Positions 45,483-55,679 of a stretch of DNA of 64,000 nucleotides are shown in pieces. A program made the translations under genes and the position numbers. The number at the start of each line of letters is the position of its first letter. The first letter of the stretch is position 1. The stretch is from Puniceicoccales bacterium (lineage in GTDB: Bacteria; Verrucomicrobiota; Verrucomicrobiia; Opitutales; LL51). The notes beneath the pieces are model-generated. The model did no database searches and had not been told where the DNA came from. It was given only the letters and a program-made list of their open reading frames with translations. The DNA lies in the NCBI GenBank assembly GCA_031255715.1, contig JAIRRZ010000030.1, positions 349 to 64,348 of the forward strand, read 5' to 3'.

Positions 45483-46520
45483 ATGTCGGTACTGAATAAC
45501 CATTTACTAGCAGAAGCTAGGGAGAAAGTTGCAACTGTTGAAACATTAGCCGCATTGGAAAAACTGAAAGCCACCTATCTTGGCCCCAACGGCGTGCTCC
45601 GCAATGCAATGAAAATGATAAAAGATTTTGCCCCGGACGAACGCATAGAACAAGGAAAAATGGCCAACTATCTCAAAAATGAAATTGAAATTCTATTGGC
45701 GACAAAATTACAGGAATTCGAAGCACAAACTTTGCAGCAAAAAATGGGTGAGCCCATCGATATTTCTTTGGATACGCGGAACCGTTTTTCAGGTAATCTC
45801 CATCCTTTAACGAAGATTCGTCTGCGGGTGGAAGAAATTTTTAACGGGATGGGATTCGCCACTGTCGATGGTCCGGAAATCGAAACAGAGTGGTATTGCT
45901 TTGATGCTTTAAATACCCCATCGAATCATCCGGCCCGCGATGTGATGGATACTTTTTTCATGCAGCAGGATGTGCGAATGGCGACGACTTCGAAACATGA
46001 TAAAGAACAATACCTATTGCGTTCCCATACGTCGACCGTACAAATTCGGACCATGCTCAAACAGCGGCCTCCCATTCGAATTGTTTCTCCCGGACGGACC
46101 TTTCGCCGTGACACGACCGATGCTACGCATAGTGCCAATTTTCATCAATTTGAGGCTCTCTATGTCGACAAAAATGTAACCGTTTGTGATTTGAAATCGA
46201 CACTCGATTATTTTTTAAAAGCTTTGTTCGGTCCAAAAACGGAAACACGTTTACGTCCGAGCTTTTTTCCTTTTACAGAGCCAAGTTTTGAAGTTGATTT
46301 TCGTGCGACAGGCTTTAGCAAGTTAGACAACCAATGGATAGAAATTTTAGGTTGCGGCATGGTCGATCCAAATGTGTTGGATGCAGTGGGAATCGATTCC
46401 GAACGCCATACCGGATTTGCTGCTGGCCTAGGTATGGAACGTCTGGCGATGTTGCTCTATGGCATCGATGACGTACGTCTATTTTATCAAAATGATTTGC
46501 GCTTTTTGGAGCAATTTTAA
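45483..46520 (+). CDS. pheS: Phenylalanine--tRNA ligase alpha subunit
   Basis: 345 aa with HPARDVMDTFF, LLRSHTSTVQIR, GRTFRRD, FHQFE, FPFTEPS and GFAAGLGMERLAML. Confidence 0.95.
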   Translation: MSVLNNHLLAEAREKVATVETLAALEKLKATYLGPNGVLRNAMKMIKDFAPDERIEQGKMANYLKNEIEILLATKLQEFEAQTLQQKMGEPIDISLDTRNRFSGNLHPLTKIRLRVEEIFNGMGFATVDGPEIETEWYCFDALNTPSNHPARDVMDTFFMQQDVRMATTSKHDKEQYLLRSHTSTVQIRTMLKQRPPIRIVSPGRTFRRDTTDATHSANFHQFEALYVDKNVTVCDLKSTLDYFLKALFGPKTETRLRPSFFPFTEPSFEVDFRATGFSKLDNQWIEILGCGMVDPNVLDAVGIDSERHTGFAAGLGMERLAMLLYGIDDVRLFYQNDLRFLEQF

Positions 46521-46590
46521 ATGAAATGCCTTGTTAAAGGCATCAAGCATTTAGGCAATATTTTGGTAATTCCACCGGTAAATAAAAACT

Positions 46591-47070
46591 TTAGGAAGCC
46601 TGAGTTTTAAAACTGATGGAGTTGTAATCTTTGAGTGTTGTCTTAATAAGTTGAGGAAGTGTTTCCGTGAGAAGATCGATTTGCTTCGCTTTACGCTTAA
46701 TGATTGGTGTCGTTTTAAGGGAAGTATCAGATTTTTTTTTGAAAAAACTTTTTACACTCGTGATTTTTCGTATCTGAATGTTCTTACCTTTAATTTTAGT
46801 TCCAGTAGCAATTTTTCGTGATAAAATGGGTATATGTGGAACAACTGACCAGGGATCACTCATTATTTTCTTTGTATTTTGGGACTGGTAAATTTTTCTT
46901 TTTGGTTGGATTTCACTATCAAATTCCTCTTCATTGAAATTCCAATGTTTTTCTGGATTCTTTTCTAATTTGTGGAGCTCTTGGTGCTCTCTACTCTGAG
47001 AAATTTCCTTATCCGTTTTATCCTCGTTGAATTCTAAATCTTCTTTTTTTGTCTGAGTTGATTTTTTCAT
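46591..47070 (-). CDS. Lys-rich hypothetical protein, candidate T3SS substrate of the upstream chaperone
   Basis: 159 aa, highly basic and polar with no hydrophobic core evident. It starts 12 nt after the CesT-like chaperone gene. Confidence 0.45.
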   Translation of the reverse strand: MKKSTQTKKEDLEFNEDKTDKEISQSREHQELHKLEKNPEKHWNFNEEEFDSEIQPKRKIYQSQNTKKIMSDPWSVVPHIPILSRKIATGTKIKGKNIQIRKITSVKSFFKKKSDTSLKTTPIIKRKAKQIDLLTETLPQLIKTTLKDYNSISFKTQAS

Positions 47071-47082
47071 TTTATTCTCCTT

Positions 47083-47565
47083 TTAATATTTCCATGAACC
47101 ATACTTTTTTTCTGTTTTTTTCGTTCTTAAATCTTCTTCCAGAAGCATTTCTGCTTCATTGCAAATATCATCAATTCTTTTCATCCACGCTTCTACTACG
47201 TCAACAAAAATACCTAATTCATCTTGAAAACTATCCGATTGAATAAGAGGAACAAAAAAACTTTGCTGCAAAACAAGAGTTTGTGTTTGTTTGTCGATCG
47301 CGAAAGTTGCGCCATGAGAAATTTTCCAAAAAAAATTCGCTTCCAATAAAAATTCAAGAATCAGTTCTTTTCCCGCAAAAGGTACAATACTAATATATGA
47401 ATAAACAATTAGTGCACCTGTTGCCTCATTAAGTTCTAAATTGAGTACTATTTTATCATCAAATAGAATTAGGCAATGATTGTTTTCGTCAAGGGCAAGC
47501 GATGACAAATCCAGAACTTTTCCAAGCCCAATAAGCAAATTATTTACCTCCTTCTTGTAATCCAT
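47083..47565 (-). CDS. Class I T3SS chaperone (CesT/SycE/Tir-chaperone family-like)
   Basis: 160 aa and acidic. The N-terminal helix is VNNLLIGLGKVLDL. The beta core reads LALDENNHCLILFDDKIVLNLELNEATGALIVYSYI. Then follow LEANFFWK..HGATFAIDKQTQTLVLQQSF and a C-terminal helix. Confidence 0.65.
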   Translation of the reverse strand: MDYKKEVNNLLIGLGKVLDLSSLALDENNHCLILFDDKIVLNLELNEATGALIVYSYISIVPFAGKELILEFLLEANFFWKISHGATFAIDKQTQTLVLQQSFFVPLIQSDSFQDELGIFVDVVEAWMKRIDDICNEAEMLLEEDLRTKKTEKKYGSWKY

Positions 47566-47676
47566 ATTTATTCAGTTTTACTTTTACAAAGTGAAATAAT
47601 TTTACAGATCTTTGCAATAAAAAAAGCGTAAATATAAAAATTTAACGCTTTAATGATTTAATGTAAAAATATATTT

Positions 47677-48762
47677 CTAACTTGTTGAGACTGCGAGTAT
47701 TGGAGCAAATTGTGCCAATTTCTCGGATTGCAAATTGAGTAAATGATTAAGAAGCATAAATGTCGATTTTGAATTTAAATCGTTATCGCGAATGTAAAAC
47801 CATGTCCCTCGGTAAAAGACACTAACGTACGCATTTTGAGGGCGTTCCCTTTCTTCGCAACAATGGATATTAATCCATTCTCCTGTGAGGTCTTTATGCC
47901 AATCGAATATTTCTCCAGTGTCATCCTTTGTTACGGTAACCAGTCCCGCATCGATATCTTTTTGCGGAACGTATACGGCATGGGAAAGGTAAAACAAAAC
48001 CTCCATGGCAGAACGCGTGCGTATGGTTAAATTCGCATTCACATCAAGGGAATTAGAAAAGAAACGAAATTCTGAACTACTCGGATCAATATTTAAAAGC
48101 GATTTAAATTTCTGACTTTGAGAATCAGAATTCTTAAATTTCCAAACCACGACATCTCGATTCTCAAGGCCTATAAGCAACTGATTCTGCTTATGTAAAA
48201 TATCTATTAGCTCGACGGCCTCACTAAATGATTCATAGTCAGGCTTTTCTGTGGGGGTGGGACCGGAAGCCGTACTGGCATTATCAAGATGGCCGATACG
48301 TTCGACACATAGGCTAAAGACTCGCTTCAGGCTCCAACCTCCCTCTATGAGCATCACAATAATACCCACGGGAATGGGCGATATCATGCGCTGCGTATAT
48401 TGCTCCCCTCTAAGTGGTACATAGGTGATAGTTGGATTTTGGAAAGTTTCCCCGTAGCCAAAGGGCCCAAAATCGATATGACCTGCATTTTTGTCCAATC
48501 CAATCTTTGTTCCATTTACTCCGAAACGCATCGTCGACTTAGAATTATCGAGAATATTGCCAATATCGAGAACGTTGATATTATCGCGATATTTCATTCG
48601 AACAAGGTTCAATAGCAACTGCTCATTGCCTGTTTTAGTGATGGCATCGTTATATTCATAATGTACTTTTTTTACACTGTCTGGACCAGTAGAATTGCAA
48701 CCCCCCAGCAATAAAACACCAGAACATAAAACAAAACTCCGCAAATTCTTTTTATACATCAA
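47677..48762 (-). CDS. Hypothetical lipoprotein
   Basis: Lipobox FVLCSGVLLLGGC|NS; 361 aa; no family recognised. Confidence 0.6.
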   Translation of the reverse strand: MMYKKNLRSFVLCSGVLLLGGCNSTGPDSVKKVHYEYNDAITKTGNEQLLLNLVRMKYRDNINVLDIGNILDNSKSTMRFGVNGTKIGLDKNAGHIDFGPFGYGETFQNPTITYVPLRGEQYTQRMISPIPVGIIVMLIEGGWSLKRVFSLCVERIGHLDNASTASGPTPTEKPDYESFSEAVELIDILHKQNQLLIGLENRDVVVWKFKNSDSQSQKFKSLLNIDPSSSEFRFFSNSLDVNANLTIRTRSAMEVLFYLSHAVYVPQKDIDAGLVTVTKDDTGEIFDWHKDLTGEWINIHCCEERERPQNAYVSVFYRGTWFYIRDNDLNSKSTFMLLNHLLNLQSEKLAQFAPILAVSTS

Positions 48763-48827
48763 AAATCCCTTTCGAGTTAAATAAAAAGTAATCTTCTATG
48801 TCAAGATTAAAAATTCAAACTGATCAT

Positions 48828-50495
48828 TTACGGTTCTGACTTAATCTTGGTAAGTTGCATATTGTATAAAGGGGCTATGGTTCTCATTTGCTTGGCAACG
48901 GGATCCTGACTATCTTTTATACCTAACTCACGCAGGATGAGTTCCGAAAGATAATCCCTAAAAAGGTCTCTATTAAGTCCTTCAAGCTCATTTTGCCGCA
49001 CTAATATTTCAGCTTCATCAATCGATGAAGGAACTTCTTTAGCGGTAACGAGTATGAGTTCCTTTTCTTTCTCGTTTTTAGTTATTACCTGTGAAATCTG
49101 CCGCAATGGAAGGAAACGAACGATCTTATGAATCGGATCATGATCATCGGGTTTTATTTCAACTGATTTGAATTCCGTAATAACGCCATCATTTTCTTTA
49201 GCAATCGTAATGAATTGATCATATATCATTGGGTTAGAAATCGCCAGTTGCAGGCGAACCGACTGAACTTTATGGAATAAAGATTCCTCCGCTTGGGCTT
49301 TCAAATAATCCTGCTTGACTTGCTCTTTTATATCCTCAAGAGTAGGATAAACTGCTGGAATTTCTTTTTTATAAAACAGGACACATACGACATTCGATTT
49401 CGAAAATATGGGATCGGAATAATAGCGTCCTTTACTCAATTTAGAAACTTGCTCAAGTACTCCAGCCGAAAATTGCTGATGGCCAGAAAATTGTCCTATG
49501 GCAATGGGAGCTAATTCTTTAATGGATAAATTGCGCGCACTCAGTAACTTTGAAAACTCCGGTGAATTGAAGGCAATATTCTCTTTATATAGTTGATAAA
49601 TAAATTGATCAGCGGCTATCATGGCCATTTTTTTAGCTTCATCGTCTTTATAGGCTTTCGCAACGGCCGCTTTCCATGGTTCGGAATTCTTTTCTAAATC
49701 CTTAATATCTGGACGGTGCTTGACGTAAAAATCTTGAATTTCACTTTCCGTAGGATACGGAATTTTATCTTCGAATAAATCATTGGGAAACTCTACGTAT
49801 TCCAAAGCAATTTTTTCATCAATTTTATATCTTTCGCGATAGTAGCTCAAATGCTGTTCCAGGTCATTTTCCGTATAATGATCGATTTGTGGAATATCAT
49901 CATAATTAAAACAGGCTACGGAATAGGAATATTTTATTTGATCCGTTTGGAGCGATAATTTAACTTCGGCAGGCATACTATAGCCATAGCCCACTAGCAA
50001 TCTTTGGACGGTATCAATGCGAAAATCATTAGCAACTGTACGTTCAAAAACTGCTTTTTGGACAGGATCTTTCTTCAGAAATTCGATATAATCATTATAT
50101 TTCTTAGTATCAAACTCTCCCTTTTCATTCTTAAAAATAGAAAATCCTTCGACATATTTACTCAGATAGAATTCTGGGGGCAAAGGAATGCCTATTACAT
50201 CGGCTAACTCAAGGGAAGCTAATCTTGCGAAAAGCGCATATTCTTTTAACTGTGGCAGACCAACAAACATCCCTTGTATTTGTGCACTCAAGTCAACTTC
50301 TTGTATTCGTCGTGCAACTTCCCGTTGTGATGTTAAATCACAGCCAAAGACTTCCTTCTTGGGGCCACGCGAATTGCGATTAATTCCCGGTGAAGACCCA
50401 ACCGTAAACACAAAACTAATTGTAACGATGACGAGCAAAATGGAAAACAACCACTTGTGGTGTTTCTGCAATATCCTTTGTAAAATGGAAATCAT
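48828..50495 (-). CDS. PpiD/SurA-N-domain-like periplasmic chaperone, membrane anchored
   Basis: The N-terminus MISILQRILQKHHKWLFSILLVIVTISFVF has the typical PpiD topology, followed by a helical periplasmic region of about 520 aa. No clear parvulin motif was seen. Confidence 0.45.
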   Translation of the reverse strand: MISILQRILQKHHKWLFSILLVIVTISFVFTVGSSPGINRNSRGPKKEVFGCDLTSQREVARRIQEVDLSAQIQGMFVGLPQLKEYALFARLASLELADVIGIPLPPEFYLSKYVEGFSIFKNEKGEFDTKKYNDYIEFLKKDPVQKAVFERTVANDFRIDTVQRLLVGYGYSMPAEVKLSLQTDQIKYSYSVACFNYDDIPQIDHYTENDLEQHLSYYRERYKIDEKIALEYVEFPNDLFEDKIPYPTESEIQDFYVKHRPDIKDLEKNSEPWKAAVAKAYKDDEAKKMAMIAADQFIYQLYKENIAFNSPEFSKLLSARNLSIKELAPIAIGQFSGHQQFSAGVLEQVSKLSKGRYYSDPIFSKSNVVCVLFYKKEIPAVYPTLEDIKEQVKQDYLKAQAEESLFHKVQSVRLQLAISNPMIYDQFITIAKENDGVITEFKSVEIKPDDHDPIHKIVRFLPLRQISQVITKNEKEKELILVTAKEVPSSIDEAEILVRQNELEGLNRDLFRDYLSELILRELGIKDSQDPVAKQMRTIAPLYNMQLTKIKSEP

Positions 50496-50720
50496 AATTA
50501 CCTACTGAGTACGATAGGAGATTTAAAAAGTTTTCAAGAACTTCTCGCTGCTATTCGACAAAAAATCGAAAATCTATAAACAACAAAACATTTGGAGGCC
50601 ATCTTCTTATGCAAAATATAATTTTTATTAATCGTTTTCATGGAGAAAAAATCTGCTATAAAAAAAATAAAAATCCCTAACCAAGGTAAAAACTCTCACT
50701 AATACCTAAGAAAAAAATAT

Positions 50721-51143
50721 TTACGCTGAAATACAACGGAAAATTTCATAGCTTTTTTCCTCAGAAACTAAAGGGTTTCTGGACGTATTTGCGTTAGTCG
50801 AGGTTCTACCGATGCTCACTTTCAGGGCATACAATTTCGTTTCCGCTTTAGGGAAAATGCCTTTAAGTTCATGGGATTCTTCAACTTTAAGTTTCCACAT
50901 CTCCTCCTGATCATTTTTATAATGGAAGGGCAATTCTATCAAACTCCCGACGACTTCTTTGCCTTTTTGAATACGATTAATAAGGGCAACAGCAACTACA
51001 GCTTCATTGGGATCATCGACCGACGTTTGATAGAGTTGCAATCCTATCAGAAACATCTGTGTTACACCTCCAGCAAATAGCGCAAAAATGGAAAGCCCCA
51101 AAATCACTTCGATGAGTAAATAACCTTTCTCACTCCTTGACAT
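50721..51143 (-). CDS. Prepilin-type N-terminal motif protein (pseudopilin-like)
   Basis: MSRSEKGYLLIEVILGLSIFALFAGG has a G|YLLIEV class III signal-like motif. 140 aa. Confidence 0.55.
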   Translation of the reverse strand: MSRSEKGYLLIEVILGLSIFALFAGGVTQMFLIGLQLYQTSVDDPNEAVVAVALINRIQKGKEVVGSLIELPFHYKNDQEEMWKLKVEESHELKGIFPKAETKLYALKVSIGRTSTNANTSRNPLVSEEKSYEIFRCISA

Positions 51144-51394
51144 AATAATTAGTGTATGTAAGCGTATACCCTTGGCAAGACAATATTATTGATTATATAA
51201 AATTTTACGAAGAATTTTAATTTAGAGCAAGATAATCGGGAAAATAGAAAAAAACGATTAAATATTTCCACATACACCAATGATTAGTTAAATTTTTGCA
51301 AATATTTTCCTGAACATATTTTTTGGCTAACCGGGATAATTTATTAAAATTTTTTAAATTAAAAATGGTTAGAAAAGATCACGGATGGGCCGGA

Positions 51395-52879
51395 TTAGCG
51401 ATCGTACAATATTTTATAGGCGTTTAATGTTTCAGCAACGGAGGTTTCAAGATGAACTAATTGTTCTTTGGTCATGCGCCATTGCCAGTTATTGCCCTTT
51501 GTTCCAGGCGTATTAAACCGTGCCTCGGAACCTAACCCCAATAAATCTTGGACACAAATAACACTGAGAAAGCAGGGGGAACGATAAATTTCTGTTAAGA
51601 ATTTCCAGGCAAATTCCCCATCGTTGATACCGAAATAGCGACGAATTTGGTCTTTCGTCCTGTCGTCAAGCTTAGCATACCAACCCTGTAGCGTATCATT
51701 GTCGTGTGTTCCCAAGTATAATACAGTATTTTGGGTATGGCAATGGGGAAGATATATGTTTTTCGGATCTCCCGAAAAAGCAAATTGCAGGACTCTCATG
51801 CCTGGAAAATTTAGATTTTGTTGTAATTGCCGGGCACTGCCATCAATGTCGCCTAAATCTTCGGCAATAAATTCATCGTTTTTAAAAAAATCAAACAGTT
51901 TTTCCCGTGGGCCAGCTTCCCACTTTCCATTAATGGCATTTTTAGCACCTGCTGGAACGGCCCAAAAGCGGTCGAAACCACGAAAATGGTCGAGGCGCAG
52001 GATATCGAACAATTCTCTATTGCGTCGAATGCGTTGTTGCCACCAATCATATTGATTCTTCTCTAAAAATTTCCAATCATAGATTGGGTTTCCCCAAAGT
52101 TGTCCTTCGGGGGAAAAATAGTCCGGAGGAACGCCAGCAACTTTTTTGGGTTGTAGTTGGTCATCAAGTTGAAAATTTTTCGGTTCACTCCAGACTTCTG
52201 CACTGTCTAATCCAGGATAAATGGGAACATCGCCAATCATTTTGATGTGATATCGATTGGCATAGTGTTTAATTTTTTGCCATTGAATGTGCAAAATATA
52301 CTGCAGAATTTCGTGATATTCACAATACTTAACAACGATATCCGGTAATTTTAAGGTATTAATTTTCTTGTAAATTCTATATTCCTGTGGCCATTCGAAC
52401 CAAGCCTTTCCCTTAAAAAAATGTTTCAATGCAGTGAAAAGCGCATAGGGTTTTAGCCAATGGGCCTGCGCTTGTTGAAATTCTAAAAACTTTGCATCTT
52501 TTCCGAGTGTTCTAATCCATAGGGAATCAAAATTTTCCAGTAAGTTATTAAAATATTTATAAAGTTTGCCGAAAGAGACGCGATGGGGCTGCTGAGATAA
52601 ATCGGAAGGAATATGCTTGATCCCCAATATTTCGAGATTAAGAAAATAGGGATTGATCGCAAAGGCGGAAGTTCCTTGATAGGGGGAATCGCCATAACCC
52701 GTTGGACTCAGAGGGCAAATTTGCCAATAGCTCATGCCAGATTTCGTTAAAAAATCGACAAAACGAAAGGCCATTTCATTAAAACACCCAATGCCTTGTT
52801 GACTCGGTAGACATGAAACATGCATCATAATACCCATCGACCGCTCCATTGCCCATTTTGTATTTCTCTCGCCAATCAC
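51395..52879 (-). CDS. malQ: 4-alpha-glucanotransferase (amylomaltase)
   Basis: GIMMHVSCLPSQQGIG, GDSPYQGTSAFAINPY, LRLDHFRGF and YLGTHDNDT. The true start is probably an internal Met (52849 or 52837). Confidence 0.92.
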   Translation of the reverse strand: MIGERNTKWAMERSMGIMMHVSCLPSQQGIGCFNEMAFRFVDFLTKSGMSYWQICPLSPTGYGDSPYQGTSAFAINPYFLNLEILGIKHIPSDLSQQPHRVSFGKLYKYFNNLLENFDSLWIRTLGKDAKFLEFQQAQAHWLKPYALFTALKHFFKGKAWFEWPQEYRIYKKINTLKLPDIVVKYCEYHEILQYILHIQWQKIKHYANRYHIKMIGDVPIYPGLDSAEVWSEPKNFQLDDQLQPKKVAGVPPDYFSPEGQLWGNPIYDWKFLEKNQYDWWQQRIRRNRELFDILRLDHFRGFDRFWAVPAGAKNAINGKWEAGPREKLFDFFKNDEFIAEDLGDIDGSARQLQQNLNFPGMRVLQFAFSGDPKNIYLPHCHTQNTVLYLGTHDNDTLQGWYAKLDDRTKDQIRRYFGINDGEFAWKFLTEIYRSPCFLSVICVQDLLGLGSEARFNTPGTKGNNWQWRMTKEQLVHLETSVAETLNAYKILYDR

Positions 52880-53134
52880 ATACTAAACATATTGAAATTA
52901 AAATGAATTGCGAATTTTTTGTGCAATTTTTTTGTAACGTATTTAATTTTTACGTAAAAATACTTGTTTGTAAATATTAACCACTTTCTTTTTAATGCGG
53001 CTTTCTGCTCCGCTAAACGAGCCAAAGCAACTTGTACGCCAAAACCATTCTAAATTTTCTTATGAAGAAAACCCAAACATAAATGTGGTCATAAATGATT
53101 TGTGTGGAGTTTTAGGCCAAGGGAAAAAAATAAT

Positions 53135-55303
53135 TTAAAAATGTGACCTAAAAACTTCAGATGTAAATAGAATTTCTCGTTTCAGGATAATTTCATATTT
53201 TTCAAGAACTTCTTGACGAATCAAATTGATAAGCCGTTTAACGTCATTGGCCGTTGCGTAGCCGGTTGCGTTAACGATAAAATTAGCATGTTTTGGAGAA
53301 ATTTGAGCTCCGCCGATTTGGGTACCTTTTAGGTCTGCCCGATCGATTAGTGCTCCCGCGGAGCAATTTTGCGGATTTTTAAAAATGCTGCCGATATTGG
53401 GTTCTTGGGGCTGATTTTCCTGGCGCCATAGCGTTTTTTGATGAATTTTTTCTAAAAGAATTTTCGATGCTTCCTTTGCCGTAAACTGAAATTTTGCCCC
53501 TAGGATGACACCGCTACGAAACCCTTCCCGATAAGTAAAAGAGATTTGTGATTTGTGAATTACCTGAAAATTTCCAGCAAAATCTATCACCTCCATGGAT
53601 ATAAGTTTATCTGAAATCGTTTGCTGATGCGCTCCTGCATTCATATATAATGCACCACCAATTGTTCCTGGAATTCCGGCCAATTCTTCGCACCCATAGA
53701 ATCCCAAATTGGTAATTCGCCTACAGAAAAGCGGTAAAGAAAAATTTGCTGAAACTTCAATCCAATCTTCCTTTTGCGTGAAAATCTGAGGCATTTTTTT
53801 TTGCGAAATTAAAACATGACATAGATCATCCACCAAAAGATTCGACCCGTGGCCGATAATTAGAAAAGGAATTTTTATTTCTATGAGTTTTTTTAAAACG
53901 GTAGCAAAGCTTTCAGTGCTTTCTGGCTCGATCAATAGAGGAATGGATCCGCCGATACAGAATGTATTGTATTTTTTAATGGAAATATTTTCAGAAAATG
54001 CAATGCCTTGTGCTATTAAAAAAATCTTTACCAATTGAATTTGTTGTTTAAAAACCCACTCCTTTGCTTGGTAAAAAATATCGCCGGCTCCAACAAATAT
54101 AATTTTATTCGGAAACGAACTTTTATTTAAAACTTGCAATACACTACCCCCCTCTTCGAGGGTAAAGTCATTCAAAGATGTAATAAGTTTGGGCCTATTA
54201 TTTTCGGGAAAAAAGTTTAAAATTGTTTCCGTTGTACCATCGGTTAAAAACTTTTCACCGACTGGATATACGGGTAGAAAAGTGCAATTTTTTTCAGTAA
54301 AAACTTTCGCAAAATCTTGGGCATATTGCTGTGTACGCGTGTAACGATGTGGCTGAAAAACGAAGGCAACTTCTTTCTTTTTTTCTTCAAAATGAACAAT
54401 ACACTGGCTCACTTCCGTCGGATGGTGAGCATAGTCCGCCAAAATTTCCACAGGTTGCTCAAAATAAAGTGTACCCAAGGATTGATTGCGACGGAATAGG
54501 GAAGAAAATTTAGAAGGCATATGAGATTCAAGAGCATCGTTTTCCAATAAATTGAAAATGCATTGCAATATGGATAAATTTTTATCCAAAGCCGATGCCC
54601 ATTGGGCAATTTTTACTTTTATAACTTTCGCTGTGGCATTGGAATTTTTAATAATCTTTTCTAATCGGGTATCCCAATCGGGAATAATAATAGTATGGCG
54701 TGTATTTTGAAAAAGCATTTCAAATGCTAAATCCAGCTTTTCAACACTGCCGTATTGGACCAAATGATCGTCTTCCAAATTTAATACCACCGTTACATGG
54801 GGAGAAAAACGCTCAATTGTGTGATCACTTTCATCTACTTCGCAAATAAGAAATTCATTTTCCAGCGCATAATTTGCCGGCAATTTTTCCTCGCTCTGGA
54901 AAAATCCACCTAAAATATAATCACAATGTGGAAAGCAATCGATGAGCATGCCCACCACCGTGGTCTTGCCATGGGAGCCGGCTATGGCAATCATTTTCTT
55001 TTTTTCACAAAATTGCGCTAAAAACTCGCCGCGAAGGCTTATTTCAATGCCTCGTTTTTTGGCTTCCATTAGCCATGGATGATTCTTTGGGATCGCGCTG
55101 GAGTAAATAACACGGTCGATATTTTCCGGAAAAGATTCACAGATAATAATGTTTTGCCGCTCAAAAAAATGTTCTAAAAAAATTGGTAGAGCATCATCAT
55201 AACCATAAATATTGTAATTTTGCTGACGTAAGTAAAGCGACAGAGGCGCCATGCCCATACCTCCCGCACCAATCAGTAAAAATCGTTTTTCCACTTTTAT
55301 CAA
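53135..55303 (-). CDS. murC/murB: Fusion protein: UDP-N-acetylmuramate--L-alanine ligase (MurC, N-terminal) + UDP-N-acetylenolpyruvoylglucosamine reductase (MurB, C-terminal)
   Basis: MurC part: LIGAGGMGMAPLSLYL, AIAGSHGKTTV, EVDESD and DYAHHPTE. MurB part, from about aa 440: GGSIPLLIEP, IIGHGSNLLV, GIPGTIGGALYMNAGA, GSIFKNP and SAGALIDRADLKGTQIGGAQISPKHANFIVN. It is one uninterrupted 722-aa ORF. Confidence 0.9.
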   Translation of the reverse strand: MIKVEKRFLLIGAGGMGMAPLSLYLRQQNYNIYGYDDALPIFLEHFFERQNIIICESFPENIDRVIYSSAIPKNHPWLMEAKKRGIEISLRGEFLAQFCEKKKMIAIAGSHGKTTVVGMLIDCFPHCDYILGGFFQSEEKLPANYALENEFLICEVDESDHTIERFSPHVTVVLNLEDDHLVQYGSVEKLDLAFEMLFQNTRHTIIIPDWDTRLEKIIKNSNATAKVIKVKIAQWASALDKNLSILQCIFNLLENDALESHMPSKFSSLFRRNQSLGTLYFEQPVEILADYAHHPTEVSQCIVHFEEKKKEVAFVFQPHRYTRTQQYAQDFAKVFTEKNCTFLPVYPVGEKFLTDGTTETILNFFPENNRPKLITSLNDFTLEEGGSVLQVLNKSSFPNKIIFVGAGDIFYQAKEWVFKQQIQLVKIFLIAQGIAFSENISIKKYNTFCIGGSIPLLIEPESTESFATVLKKLIEIKIPFLIIGHGSNLLVDDLCHVLISQKKMPQIFTQKEDWIEVSANFSLPLFCRRITNLGFYGCEELAGIPGTIGGALYMNAGAHQQTISDKLISMEVIDFAGNFQVIHKSQISFTYREGFRSGVILGAKFQFTAKEASKILLEKIHQKTLWRQENQPQEPNIGSIFKNPQNCSAGALIDRADLKGTQIGGAQISPKHANFIVNATGYATANDVKRLINLIRQEVLEKYEIILKREILFTSEVFRSHF

Positions 55304-55547
55304 TTTCTTTATTCTTTATAGAAAAAAAACTTTTGAAATAAAAAGCAAGCATAATCGACGGCAAACGAAAAACTAAGACAATCACGCAAAGTTTCGCATG
55401 ATTTGATTATATATTGGGGCTAAGGAGTCCGTAACTCCTTTTGTGGTAGGAAAACCTTATAGCAAATTCCTTGCTGAACACGGATAGCTTTCCACGGCAA
55501 GCCTCTCTGCAAAGGATGAAGAAAACCACACACTCTTTGGTGGGAGA

Positions 55548-55624
55548 TACTGGGCTCGAACCAGTGACCTCTTGCGTGTCATGCAAACGCTCTAACCAAC
55601 TGAGCTAATCCCCCGATAGGTTTA
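55548..55624 (-). tRNA. tRNA-Val (anticodon GAC), CCA encoded
   Basis: Reverse complement GGGGGATTAGCTCAGTTGGTTAGAGCGTTTGCATGACACGCAAGAGGTCACTGGTTCGAGCCCAGTATCTCCCACCA, with anticodon loop AUGACAC. Confidence 0.92.
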
Positions 55625-55679
55625 GCGAAAAAATATCTGCCAACCGATCAAGAAAATTTTTGCTATTTTCAGATTTTTA

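Noticed and set aside
46526..46543. Hairpin atgcctt-gtta-aaggcat after pheS as a terminator
   Set aside because: It is only 7 bp, AT-rich and has no following T-run. It is possibly functional but too weak to call.
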